From positions 1,981 through 65,980 of the forward strand of contig CALVDI010000006.1 in NCBI GenBank assembly GCA_944326225.1: DNA of 64,000 nt, written 5' to 3'. Each line of letters starts with the position of its first letter. Positions within the stretch are counted from its first letter, which is position 1. The notes below the pieces were generated by a model. It saw only the letters and a program-made list of their open reading frames with translations. It was not told the origin of the DNA and made no database searches. Position numbers and translations under genes: made by a program. The DNA comes from an uncultured Bacteroidales bacterium (lineage in GTDB: Bacteria > Bacteroidota > Bacteroidia > Bacteroidales > UBA932). Positions 10,092 through 18,829 of this stretch are shown piece by piece.

Positions 10092-11249
10092 ATGAAGATT
10101 CTTATTATAGATGATGAGCGGAGTATCCGCAATACACTTAAGGAGATACTGGAGTTCGAGGGACATGTGATATCGCTGGCCGAGGACGGCGCGTCGGGGC
10201 TGGAGGCTGCGGCATCCGGCAATTTCGATGTGATATTCTGCGACATCAAGATGCCGGGTATGGACGGAGTGGAGGTGCTGGACAAGCTGTCCGAAAGCGG
10301 CAACGAGGCCCCTGTGGTGATGATCTCCGGGCACGGTTCCATCGATACGGCCGTGGAGTGTATAAAGAAAGGAGCTTATGATTTCATCCAGAAACCGTTG
10401 GATCTGAACAGGATACTTATCACTCTGAAAAATGCCACGGACAAGAGTACGCTGGTCCGCGAGACCAAGGCTCTTAAGAAGAAAGTGGGCGGAGTGCAGG
10501 AGATCATAGGCGAGTCACCGGCCATCGTCCGTATCAAGAATATGATAGACCGGGTGGCCCCGACCGATGCGAGGGTGCTCATAACGGGAGCCAACGGTAC
10601 CGGCAAGGAGCTCGTGGCCCGTTGGTTGCACGAGAAGAGCGACCGCTCGTCGATGCCTTTTATCGAGGTCAACTGTGCGGCCATCCCGAGCGAGCTTATC
10701 GAGAGCGAGCTCTTCGGTCACGAGAAGGGTGCGTTCACCGGAGCCCAGAAGCAGCATAAGGGCAAGTTCGAGCAGGCTGACGGCGGCACTCTTTTCCTGG
10801 ATGAGATCGGCGATATGTCCCTGGCGGCCCAGGCCAAGGTGCTCCGCGTGCTGCAGGAAAACAAACTCACCAAGGTCGGCGGAGACAAGGACATAACGGT
10901 CAATGTCAGGGTGGTGGCGGCTACCAACAAGAACCTCCGGGAGGAGATAGCCAAGGGCAATTTCCGCGAGGACCTCTACCACCGTATAAGCGTCATCGTC
11001 ATAAGGGTGCCTTCGCTGGCGGAGAGACGGGAGGACATACCGCTGCTGATAGACTACTTCATCAGGCAGATCTGCCGCGAGTCCGGCAAGCCGGTCAAGG
11101 AGATAGACGCGGATGCCGTAGAGGAACTGTGCGCCCATGCCTGGAGCGGCAATATCCGCGAGCTGCACAACGTGGTGGAGCGTCTGCTGATCCTATCCAA
11201 CGCACGCATCACCAAGGATGACGTGATGATGTTTGCCCTTCCCAACTAG
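10092..11249 (+). CDS. Sigma-54-dependent response regulator (NtrX/NtrC-like, receiver + AAA+), no recognisable C-terminal HTH
   Basis: MKILIIDDE receiver with DIKMPGMDG. GANGTGKE Walker A, GAFTGA sigma-54 contact loop. Ends about 15 aa after the AAA+ module. Confidence 0.85.
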   Translation: MKILIIDDERSIRNTLKEILEFEGHVISLAEDGASGLEAAASGNFDVIFCDIKMPGMDGVEVLDKLSESGNEAPVVMISGHGSIDTAVECIKKGAYDFIQKPLDLNRILITLKNATDKSTLVRETKALKKKVGGVQEIIGESPAIVRIKNMIDRVAPTDARVLITGANGTGKELVARWLHEKSDRSSMPFIEVNCAAIPSELIESELFGHEKGAFTGAQKQHKGKFEQADGGTLFLDEIGDMSLAAQAKVLRVLQENKLTKVGGDKDITVNVRVVAATNKNLREEIAKGNFREDLYHRISVIVIRVPSLAERREDIPLLIDYFIRQICRESGKPVKEIDADAVEELCAHAWSGNIRELHNVVERLLILSNARITKDDVMMFALPN

Positions 11250-14200
11250 GTGTTGTCGTCGTCTGCGACGGTGTGTATAGGAAGTCTGACTGAGAAATCG
11301 GCACCGCCCAGTGATGCTGACGGGTAATAGTTTATCTCTCCATGACTCTGCGTTATGATGCTTTTGCAGATGGCCAGTCCGAGTCCGGAGCCTCTGGTCT
11401 TGGTGGTGAAGTTGGGATGGAACAGTTTCTCCATATTTTCCTTTGAGACACCCTCTCCGTTATCTTCCACATCTACCTGATAGTATCCGGAGATGACTCT
11501 CAGCGTGATGTTTATTATTCCGTTCTCCTTACTCTCCACTGCCTGGATGGCATTGGTTATGAGATTGACGAAAGTCCTTGTAATCTGTTCTTTCCTGGCC
11601 AGGACCACGGCTTTCTCTACCTGGCTGCGGAAGTTCATTTCTATATTGTCTCTATTGTCGAACAGGACTTCCTGCTCTGACAGAATTTCTACCAGATCGA
11701 CCTCAGTCTGCTCTTCCTGATACAGCTTGGCGAAGCTGGAGAACTCACTGGCGGTGTTGGACAGTATGTCTATCTGCTCGATGAGCATGGAGGCCAGGGC
11801 ATCGAAACGCTCCTTCCACTCCGGATTGCCCTGCTTCTTTATGAAGACCAGATGCTGTATGCTTATCTTCATTGGGGTAAGCGGGTTCTTGATCTCGTGG
11901 GCAATCTGGCGGGCCATCTCGCTCCAGGCTTTCTCTCTTTCGTTCTGGGCCAGCTCTTTTGTGCTGCGGTCCAGGTCGTCAATCATCTGATTGTAGGTCT
12001 TGACCAGCAGGCCCAGCTCGTCGTCGGCCTTGTAGTTGATGTGCTCGGCCTTGTGCGTGATGTCCATCTCAAGCATGTTGCGGTTGATCTCTTTCAGAGG
12101 TCTGGTTATGGAGTTGGAAATGGCCATGCCTATCAGGATTGCGGCTATGATGAAGAGTATGTAGAGGTTGATTATGGCGGCCACGATGGGCGAGGTGTCA
12201 TATTCGAAATTGGTCTCGGATATGAAGTACGGGATGTTGGCTATGGCTATCAGTCTGCCGTCGCTGTTGTATACGGGGGTGTACAGGGAATAGTAGCTGA
12301 GCGCGGATATGTGCTCTTCCTGCATGACCTGGGTCCTCTTGTTGATGGCCAGCTCGTAGAACGCTTCGGAGTTCATCCTGGTGCTGAGGAGATATTCGTT
12401 GAACACTTCCGGCTTGGTGGTGTGGATGAGCCTGCCTTTCGGGTCGTAGATGTTGATGTCCATCTGGGCGCTTCTGGAGATGTCGTTGATGACGCTGAGA
12501 ATCTCGGTCGCGCTGTGCTCGCTGTAGGAGTCGGTATTCTTTGATATCTGTGCGAGCGTGTTCTGTACGGACAGCACTTTCTCCTCCATCATGGTGCTGT
12601 TGTTGGTGTCCATATAGCCGATGATGATGACGACGCTGCCGATGGCCATCATGATCAGGGCGATCACCGTGAAAGCCGTGATGAATATGGTCATCTTCAT
12701 GCGGAATGACCGTTTCGGCCTCAGCAAGGACTCCTTGTGCCTTTTCTTTAGCAGGGCCGGGATTCCGATGACGGCCAGTGCCAGGAGCAGGAACAGGTAG
12801 GAGAAGGAGATGAGTGACGGGAACAGGCCGCGGGCCGGTCTGCTTACAGCTATCAGGTTGGTTCCGGGCAGCTTGTTGATGAAGACCACGTTGTCCTTGT
12901 AGAAATAGTGCGAGAAGCCGTCCTCGTATATGTTGACGTTGATTGAGACGGGAAAGTTGTACCGTCCCTGATGACTGGTCAGCCTGCCGTTGTGGTACCG
13001 TGCGACTGAATAGGGGTAGGCTATGGAGGACAGGGGGCGCGGGTTGTTCAGCAGAACCGAGGGATATCCGATGTTGTCCGAGCTTACCTTGGACTCGATC
13101 TCTATGTACATGTCGTACCTGACTTCTTTTCGGAAGATGCTGAATGCTCCCAGATAGCTTATGTAGTCCCGGAAATAGTCCAGATAATAGAATGCGGATA
13201 CGTCTGTAAGCGGTATTCCGTAATTGTCTACGATCTCCTCGTAATGCCTGAAGCAGTTCTTGGGCGATGAATACTCGTCCGGCTTTATATTCTGGTAGGC
13301 ATTGCATATGGTGAGGCGGATGTCGTATTCGGGCAGTATGTTGTAAAAATATCTTTCGGCCAGCCTGTTCAGGATGATGCCCTCGTAATCCTGATTGCCG
13401 ATCAGTCTGCGGATAAACGGGTCGGATATGATGCTCTTCTCTATGGCCTGAAGCTGCATCTCCAGATTCAGATCTCTCTCAATGGCCATGCGTCCGGTGA
13501 GCACTCTGATGTTCTCGCATTCTTTCTGGAATCCGTAGATCCCGACGGCTCCGCTCATGTAGACTGCGACGGTCAGGATGTAGATAAGTACCGGTTTCTT
13601 GGAGTGTCTGCGTCTTTTCCGGAGATAGTGCTTACTGGCTGTCGGCACAAGTATATCCAGCAGAAACAGCACGGCAAGTGCCAGCAGACTGTATGCAAAA
13701 TATGTTAAGACAGTATAATAGGAGATGTCGTTGATGCGGTACAGGTCGAAGTTGATGCTGGAGTTGAATATCAGCGAGCGGAATGTGTGGTGTATATATA
13801 TAGCCAGTAGGATAGTGCTGATACCCAGTGCGGTTATCTTGGACTTCCGGATTATGGGCCGGGACGAGAAAATGTTCCTTATGACCGCCTTGCGGGACAT
13901 GAAGACCACCGCGCAGTAGAGAAATATGAAAATGTGGAACAGCATCAGGGCACCGAACGAATTAAAGTACTCGTCGGCATAGATCATGGGAGAGAAAAAG
14001 TCGGAACTCAGCGGAACTCTGTTTACCATCATGGATGTGCATATCTGAAGTACCAGCAGGCCTCCCAGACCGAAAAACATGGTCCTGATGCCCTTGTTGG
14101 TGTGCTGATAGTAGATGATGGCAAGCGTAGCCAGCAGAAGGGCGAGCCATCTGAACGTAGAGGCGGTATCGTTGCCTGAGAGCGTATTGTCCCCGACTAC

Positions 14201-14845
14201 GGAAAAGACCGGTGTTCCGTCCGACGTGTGGACGACGCTGGTCCCGTCGATATACGGAGGTACTGCCGAGAACTTGTCGTTAAGTCCCAGTTTTCTGTTA
14301 CACGAGTTCTCCAGAGCGGCATTCTCAGATGGGTACTGTTCCATGACCTCGATGGCCGCGATTACGTACATGTTGCCCTGGCGGGCCGTCTTGATCACAT
14401 ACCATTTCGGACCGAGACTGACGTATTGGACATCATAATGGAGGAAGGCCAGCGGTATGTTGAATATGTTCTTGTTGCCCAGGTCGTGAATCCTGTACCA
14501 TGAGGACGGTATGCCGATGTTGTCGTTGCTTATGGGGAAAGTGTTGACCCAGCTCTGCAGGGTGTTGCCGATATACCGGTAGAGGACCATGTCCTCCGGA
14601 AATTTCTCGTACCTTATCCATTCGTCAGCCGGGACCTCAAAGGCTTTGTCCACATATGACTGCAGTACTTTCTCTCTCTTGTGCAGTAGTTTCTCTACTT
14701 TCTGGGCTCTTCTGTCCTCTGAGGTCGGGTTGAACTGGAAAAACGAGAGGAGGAAACAGCATATGGCCATTGTCCACAAGATGGATGTCAGCTTGCGGGA
14801 GATATGTCCGAATATGTTTTTTACGGTACCGGTCATAGTCGTCAT
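11246..14845 (-). CDS. Large multi-pass membrane sensor histidine kinase (NtrY-like H-box)
   Basis: 1199 aa. Many TM segments, HAMP-like linker, SEMARQIAHEIKNPLTP H-box, G-boxes near the C-terminus. Confidence 0.85.
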   Translation of the reverse strand: MTTMTGTVKNIFGHISRKLTSILWTMAICCFLLSFFQFNPTSEDRRAQKVEKLLHKREKVLQSYVDKAFEVPADEWIRYEKFPEDMVLYRYIGNTLQSWVNTFPISNDNIGIPSSWYRIHDLGNKNIFNIPLAFLHYDVQYVSLGPKWYVIKTARQGNMYVIAAIEVMEQYPSENAALENSCNRKLGLNDKFSAVPPYIDGTSVVHTSDGTPVFSVVGDNTLSGNDTASTFRWLALLLATLAIIYYQHTNKGIRTMFFGLGGLLVLQICTSMMVNRVPLSSDFFSPMIYADEYFNSFGALMLFHIFIFLYCAVVFMSRKAVIRNIFSSRPIIRKSKITALGISTILLAIYIHHTFRSLIFNSSINFDLYRINDISYYTVLTYFAYSLLALAVLFLLDILVPTASKHYLRKRRRHSKKPVLIYILTVAVYMSGAVGIYGFQKECENIRVLTGRMAIERDLNLEMQLQAIEKSIISDPFIRRLIGNQDYEGIILNRLAERYFYNILPEYDIRLTICNAYQNIKPDEYSSPKNCFRHYEEIVDNYGIPLTDVSAFYYLDYFRDYISYLGAFSIFRKEVRYDMYIEIESKVSSDNIGYPSVLLNNPRPLSSIAYPYSVARYHNGRLTSHQGRYNFPVSINVNIYEDGFSHYFYKDNVVFINKLPGTNLIAVSRPARGLFPSLISFSYLFLLLALAVIGIPALLKKRHKESLLRPKRSFRMKMTIFITAFTVIALIMMAIGSVVIIIGYMDTNNSTMMEEKVLSVQNTLAQISKNTDSYSEHSATEILSVINDISRSAQMDINIYDPKGRLIHTTKPEVFNEYLLSTRMNSEAFYELAINKRTQVMQEEHISALSYYSLYTPVYNSDGRLIAIANIPYFISETNFEYDTSPIVAAIINLYILFIIAAILIGMAISNSITRPLKEINRNMLEMDITHKAEHINYKADDELGLLVKTYNQMIDDLDRSTKELAQNEREKAWSEMARQIAHEIKNPLTPMKISIQHLVFIKKQGNPEWKERFDALASMLIEQIDILSNTASEFSSFAKLYQEEQTEVDLVEILSEQEVLFDNRDNIEMNFRSQVEKAVVLARKEQITRTFVNLITNAIQAVESKENGIINITLRVISGYYQVDVEDNGEGVSKENMEKLFHPNFTTKTRGSGLGLAICKSIITQSHGEINYYPSASLGGADFSVRLPIHTVADDDNT

Positions 14846-15315
14846 TCATTGTGGTATGGCTCGCCTTTGATTATTGTCATGGCCCTGTACAGCTGCTCCT
14901 CGAAGAACAGACGTATGATCTGGTGGGAGAAGGTCATATCCGACAGAGACAGTGTCTCGTCGGCCCGTTCCCTCACCTTGTCGGAGAAGCCGTAGGCTCC
15001 GCCGATGATGAAGACGAGGCTTTTGGTGCCTGTGTCCATCAGATGCCCTATGTGGCCGGCCCAGCCTGTCGAGGTGAAGCGGCGGCCTTTCTCGTCCAGT
15101 ATCACGACCCGGTCTTCCGGCTTCACCTTCTTCAATATGAGCTCTCCCTCCCTGCGTTTTACCTCTTCATGGGAAAGGGATGAGGTGCTCTGGAGCGCAG
15201 GTACTTCTGTCCGTGAGAAATTGAGGTATCGGCCTATCCGTTTCTCGTATATGGACATACCTTCTCTTATATAGTCGAAGGTGGTTTTGCCTGTCGTTAT
15301 CAGAGTGATTCTCAT
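14842..15315 (-). CDS. rlmH: 23S rRNA (pseudouridine1915-N3)-methyltransferase RlmH
   Basis: 157 aa, SPOUT-type C-terminus ...LSLSDMTFSHQIIRLFFEEQLYRA. Overlaps the HK start by 4 nt. Confidence 0.9.
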   Translation of the reverse strand: MRITLITTGKTTFDYIREGMSIYEKRIGRYLNFSRTEVPALQSTSSLSHEEVKRREGELILKKVKPEDRVVILDEKGRRFTSTGWAGHIGHLMDTGTKSLVFIIGGAYGFSDKVRERADETLSLSDMTFSHQIIRLFFEEQLYRAMTIIKGEPYHNE

Positions 15316-15337
15316 GTCGGTACAATATATCAGCCTA

Positions 15338-15345
15338 CAAATGTA
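15338..15345 (-). promoter_or_regulatory. -7 promoter box (TACATTTG) for rlmH-HK
   Basis: Exact TAnnTTTG 22 nt upstream of the ATG at 15315. Confidence 0.5.
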
Positions 15346-15408
15346 AGAAAATTTACAGCACAGTGGCCTGAATTTTGCTAAAGTAAGAGGACAAATATGG
15401 AATAACAG

Positions 15409-15828
15409 ATGATGAGCAGACTGATTGCGATAACCGGATTGTTGCTTCTTTTCCCGTTCGTGTCATCGTCCCAGAGCATAAGAGTGTGCGAGGACGACGA
15501 TGACAATAATGTGTTTATTCCGATTTCAAAGTATATGCAGAAAGGAGACGCGGATTGTCTGGCGGTATGGTTCGCTGACAATCTTCAGGTGGATGTCATG
15601 GGAACGGTCTCCAACTGCAGCCGCAATCAGGCCCGTCAGATTATCCGTAATTTCTTCACCAACTATACCCCGCGCTGCTTCGAGATAGTCTATAAGAGCG
15701 GCACCTATCCGATGAAGTATGCTGTCGGCAATCTGGACAGCGGAGGCAATATGTTCACGGTGACTATTCTGGTCAAGACCTACGACGCAGGCAACTACAT
15801 TGAGCAGTTAAAAATCGAAAAGCAGTAG
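15409..15828 (+). CDS. Secreted small protein, DUF4783-like
   Basis: Signal peptide. The ...SRNQARQIIRNFF... pattern and position next to rlmH recall DUF4783 (from memory only). Confidence 0.5.
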   Translation: MMSRLIAITGLLLLFPFVSSSQSIRVCEDDDDNNVFIPISKYMQKGDADCLAVWFADNLQVDVMGTVSNCSRNQARQIIRNFFTNYTPRCFEIVYKSGTYPMKYAVGNLDSGGNMFTVTILVKTYDAGNYIEQLKIEKQ

Positions 15829-16032
15829 CCGCGTCTTATCGCTCAACCTGTCCCGCTGCGTGTGGCTGTCTTGCTTACCGCCGTCCGACGGCATAGGTCT
15901 CCATCAGGCCGGCCGGCATGATACCTGATATCGGTATTGCGCTTGCGAAAAATTTTGCGCCGGATCGGTCTGTGAGTGGCAATGCGTTTATTGTCAGGTT
16001 GTTGAGCTATGCAAAAGGTGCCCTGTTGAGGT

Positions 16033-16078
16033 TTGAAAGCCGGACAGGGCACCTTTTTATAAGGTTAAGTTATTGAGA
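16033..16078. terminator. Bidirectional rho-independent terminator hairpin
   Basis: AAAAGGTGCCCTG ... CAGGGCACCTTTT: 13-nt arms with a 19-nt loop, an A-run before and a T-run after. Confidence 0.6.
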
Positions 16079-16151
16079 GCCAGAGCAATCGCGCTCTAGC
16101 AGGATTCCCGCCGTGTGCGGTCAGAATCGTTGTTAAAATCTGTGGTCGCCA

Positions 16152-16215
16152 GAAAGGAAAGGCCGCCCTCCGGATCAGACTGTCATAATATGTGTTGAGA
16201 GCGGCCTTTCCATAA
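16152..16215 (-). repeat. 64-nt hairpin module, copy 1 (GGAAAGGCCGC-N33-GCGGCCTTTCC), after the stop of 16226-16690
   Basis: The same module recurs at 18215-18278 and, degenerate, at 21043-21104, each directly 3' of a different minus-strand gene. Confidence 0.7.
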
Positions 16216-16225
16216 AATGTGCTAA

Positions 16226-16690
16226 TCAAAGCGAGTCGAGCCACTGAAGGTATTCTTCCTCAGTCATACCGTAGGGCAGTTGAGTCATGTGGATTCCCCA
16301 ATCGAAGAGGTCCGGGTCATCCGGGGTGTAGTAGACAGATATCTCTCTTGTCAGGGACTCGCTGGTGTTCTCCGAGAACGATACCTTGATGTTCCTTCCC
16401 TCTTGCCATATCCTGCACCATGAGTTTTCCCAGCAGTTGTCCTCGGCATTGAACACCACCGAACCGTATTCTACCTGCTCTCCTTTTTCTGTACTCAGAT
16501 CGCAGATACTGAACCTGACTTCAGTGATGGAATAGCCTGTACGGCCTTCGGGAACGCATGTGACTGTCTGAGCGTTGCTGGAGACGTACTTGGGCACGTC
16601 AAATGGAAGGATCGGATCGAAGTCCCTACATCCAGTTGCGGCCATGGCCGCCGATACTGTGAAAAGCAGTATGTATAATGTCCGTTTCAT
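16226..16690 (-). CDS. Small lipoprotein, family L150 copy 1 (BACON-like C-terminal pattern)
   Basis: Lipobox AATGC. Near-identical central region to 21847-22299. W..W...G..I.V.FSENTS...R.I.V pattern. Confidence 0.7.
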   Translation of the reverse strand: MKRTLYILLFTVSAAMAATGCRDFDPILPFDVPKYVSSNAQTVTCVPEGRTGYSITEVRFSICDLSTEKGEQVEYGSVVFNAEDNCWENSWCRIWQEGRNIKVSFSENTSESLTREISVYYTPDDPDLFDWGIHMTQLPYGMTEEEYLQWLDSL

Positions 16691-16739
16691 GATCTGATTA
16701 AAGAGAGGTTGTGTGCTGTTATTCTTATTGTGCCAATTA

Positions 16740-17240
16740 TTAGAATGTGTAAGTGAAAACCTTCGAGTACTTACTGGGCTCTGTCAGAGTATATGCCCTG
16801 CGGTCACAGATATTGTTCTGCTCCGGAGTGAAATGCCCGAACAGGTCGGTAGTCTCATGTGTGACGGAATCGGTCCCGTTGTATACGATGACGGCTTTGT
16901 ACAGAGCCTCACGTGGAGTCGTACCGTTGTAGTCATACGGATGGACCCAGTTGAGGTCGAGGTCGACAGGCCATACCCCCATTGCCTCATGGAAGAATTC
17001 CTCAGTCTCTCCCGGGGCGAGGTGGATTATCTCAAGAGTGTCCCCGGCAGTGACACTTCCAACAATGGTGGATGTGTAGACCTGCATTACGCGGATGTCG
17101 CATTCGGAAGAGTTCTCGTAGACAAACCGCACTGAGTATCCGTAGTCAGTCTCAGTGTTGCATCCGGAAAATAAGACAATGACGGCAGATATAAGTGTAA
17201 ATGCGGCTGCTGCGGTGAGAAGTTTCAGGATGGTTCTCAT
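16740..17240 (-). CDS. Lipoprotein, hypothetical (166 aa)
   Basis: Signal peptide ending LFSGC. No recognised domain. Confidence 0.6.
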   Translation of the reverse strand: MRTILKLLTAAAAFTLISAVIVLFSGCNTETDYGYSVRFVYENSSECDIRVMQVYTSTIVGSVTAGDTLEIIHLAPGETEEFFHEAMGVWPVDLDLNWVHPYDYNGTTPREALYKAVIVYNGTDSVTHETTDLFGHFTPEQNNICDRRAYTLTEPSKYSKVFTYTF

Positions 17241-17317
17241 AAGGTATGGAATTTAAAATTATTGGGTTAATAGATGTTTACTAAAAAGATGCATAAAAGT
17301 CAGATATCGCTGCACGG

Positions 17318-17890
17318 TCAGTCGTAGTATAGTTCGATCTCGGTGATGATGCCGTTCTCATCGTAGTAGAACGCGGGATAGCAGTCCCACTCGATCCACG
17401 GCTCGTCGGGACTGCCCTCGGGTGCCCAGTATATGCGGCTGCGGTCTTCTTCCTCCAGGGTCTTGCCTCCCATGTCGTAGACCTTGCTTACGGGGTCTCC
17501 CACCCGTACATAGTCATTGACGGCGAACCTGTCCGAGTATAAAGTGAAGACGCAGATTTTAATGCTGTCGTTTCCGACATCACTGTATCCGAAATCATCG
17601 ACTACATTCTTAGCTGCCCTGACATCGCTTAGGGAGAAATCCCCTGATGCCGGGGCCATGACCATGGTGGTATGATATACAAGGTATTTGTACACTACGT
17701 TGTCTTCCTCGTCAGGCTCACCTAGGGCGTCTATAATCTGCTCCCTTGTGTAGATTTTATATGTGTCCAGTCCGTTGATGCTGACGGAAGAGAAATCGTA
17801 CTGCAGTGTGTCCTGCGCCGCAGCAGTGAGTATGCCTGCCGCAGTCATGGCTGCTGCCGCGGCGGAGAGAAGTTTTAGGATTATTCTCAT
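17318..17890 (-). CDS. Secreted protein, family P190 copy 1
   Basis: Signal peptide MRIILKLLSAAAAAMTAAGILTAAAQ. Paralogs at 19544-20122 and 20132-20719. Confidence 0.7.
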   Translation of the reverse strand: MRIILKLLSAAAAAMTAAGILTAAAQDTLQYDFSSVSINGLDTYKIYTREQIIDALGEPDEEDNVVYKYLVYHTTMVMAPASGDFSLSDVRAAKNVVDDFGYSDVGNDSIKICVFTLYSDRFAVNDYVRVGDPVSKVYDMGGKTLEEEDRSRIYWAPEGSPDEPWIEWDCYPAFYYDENGIITEIELYYD

Positions 17891-18297
17891 TGCGATATTC
17901 TCTATAGTGTTAAATGGTTAATAGTCGTTATTGTTTATTTTGCTGTGTACTTTCAGCTGTGTTTCGTAAGTTTGTCCCCAAAGGTAAGCAAAATATACTT
18001 TCAGCGCAAGGAAAAAAGTTTCACATCGCAAATTTTATAATACTGGTTTACAGTGGTTTGTAAAAGTAGAAAATGTCGTGACTCTAAAAATGTTTCACAT
18101 CGCCGCTTTCCACCTGCCCATCCCGGCCTTATCGGTACCGCTGTACGGTCAGGGCGTAACAAATCACATGTATCAGAACTCTTTTTCTGCGCAATACATA
18201 CTTTGATGGTATGTGAAAGGAAAGGCCGCCCTCCGGATCAGACTGTCATAATATGTGTTGAGAGCGGCCTTTCCATAAGATACATGTTGGAGGATTC
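17891..18297 (-). promoter_or_regulatory. Conserved ~400-nt leader/promoter region Z1 upstream of P190 copy 1
   Basis: TACCTTTG -7 box at 17979-17986. Two 18-nt direct repeats (core GCGATGTGAAAC) at 18018-18029 and 18092-18103. Near-identical copy at 20720-21120. Confidence 0.6.
18215..18278 (-). repeat. 64-nt hairpin module, copy 2, after the stop of 18298-18786
   Basis: Identical to copy 1 by eye across the stem and loop. Confidence 0.7.
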
Positions 18298-18786
18298 CTA
18301 GAAATTGAGCACGAGTCCCATGCCTCCTGACGGAGAGATGAATGACAGCTCGGCGGCCTTGTTGAGCTTGACTGTACCGACCGCATACAGTGGTATGCTC
18401 ACCAGCAGCATTGTACCGCCGACAATAGCTCCGGTAATGGATACTACAGGGACATAGTTGGTCGGTTTCTCAGGGTTGACTGGGTGTGCGGCGTGGTTGA
18501 TAAGGTCGAAGGCGAGAGTACCGACAACGATGCCGGCTCCGATTGAGCTTACGATGATGCCCGAGCGGAACAGTTTGTGTCCCTTGAGGTAGTATTCGTA
18601 GTATGTGTCACTGGACATGTACTGCAGTGCCGTAGATTTATCAATCTTTGCATCGCTTGATGTGAAAAGTTCTCCTCCTTTTCGGTAGACATGACTCTTT
18701 TCACCATTGATCAGTTGTGCGGAAGCCGTCAGACATGCAGTCATGGCAGTGAGTGCCGCCACCGCGTAGATGAATGCTTTTCTCAT
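18298..18786 (-). CDS. Membrane protein with signal peptide and two C-terminal TM helices
   Basis: MRKAFIYAVAALTAMTACLTASAQ; hydrophobic GIIVSSIGAGIVVGTLAF and VVSITGAIVGGTMLLVSIPLYAV. Confidence 0.6.
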   Translation of the reverse strand: MRKAFIYAVAALTAMTACLTASAQLINGEKSHVYRKGGELFTSSDAKIDKSTALQYMSSDTYYEYYLKGHKLFRSGIIVSSIGAGIVVGTLAFDLINHAAHPVNPEKPTNYVPVVSITGAIVGGTMLLVSIPLYAVGTVKLNKAAELSFISPSGGMGLVLNF

Positions 18787-18829
18787 GGATAGATAATATT
18801 TGTCCGGTTAATAAAATAGAATAATCTTG

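Noticed and set aside
9750-10334. A 194-aa minus-strand ORF bridging the dnaX 5' end and the response-regulator gene.
   Set aside because: It crosses two mapped divergent promoters and overlaps both well-supported genes out of frame.
15843-16052. A 69-aa minus-strand ORF, and the possibility of a structured ncRNA in the 397-nt gap after the DUF4783-like gene.
   Set aside because: The ORF is Arg/Pro-rich with no promoter or motif. I could not match the region to RNase P, SRP, tmRNA or 6S signatures by eye. Only the terminator hairpin and the 64-nt module are reported.
18053-18301. An 82-aa plus-strand ORF (MVCKSRKCRDSKNV...) in leader Z1, duplicated as a 62-aa ORF at 20881-21069.
   Set aside because: It has a GTG start and lies opposite to every gene in the island. 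It spans promoter and terminator elements. The second copy is truncated by a single C-to-T change (TAG), so it does not behave like a constrained coding sequence.
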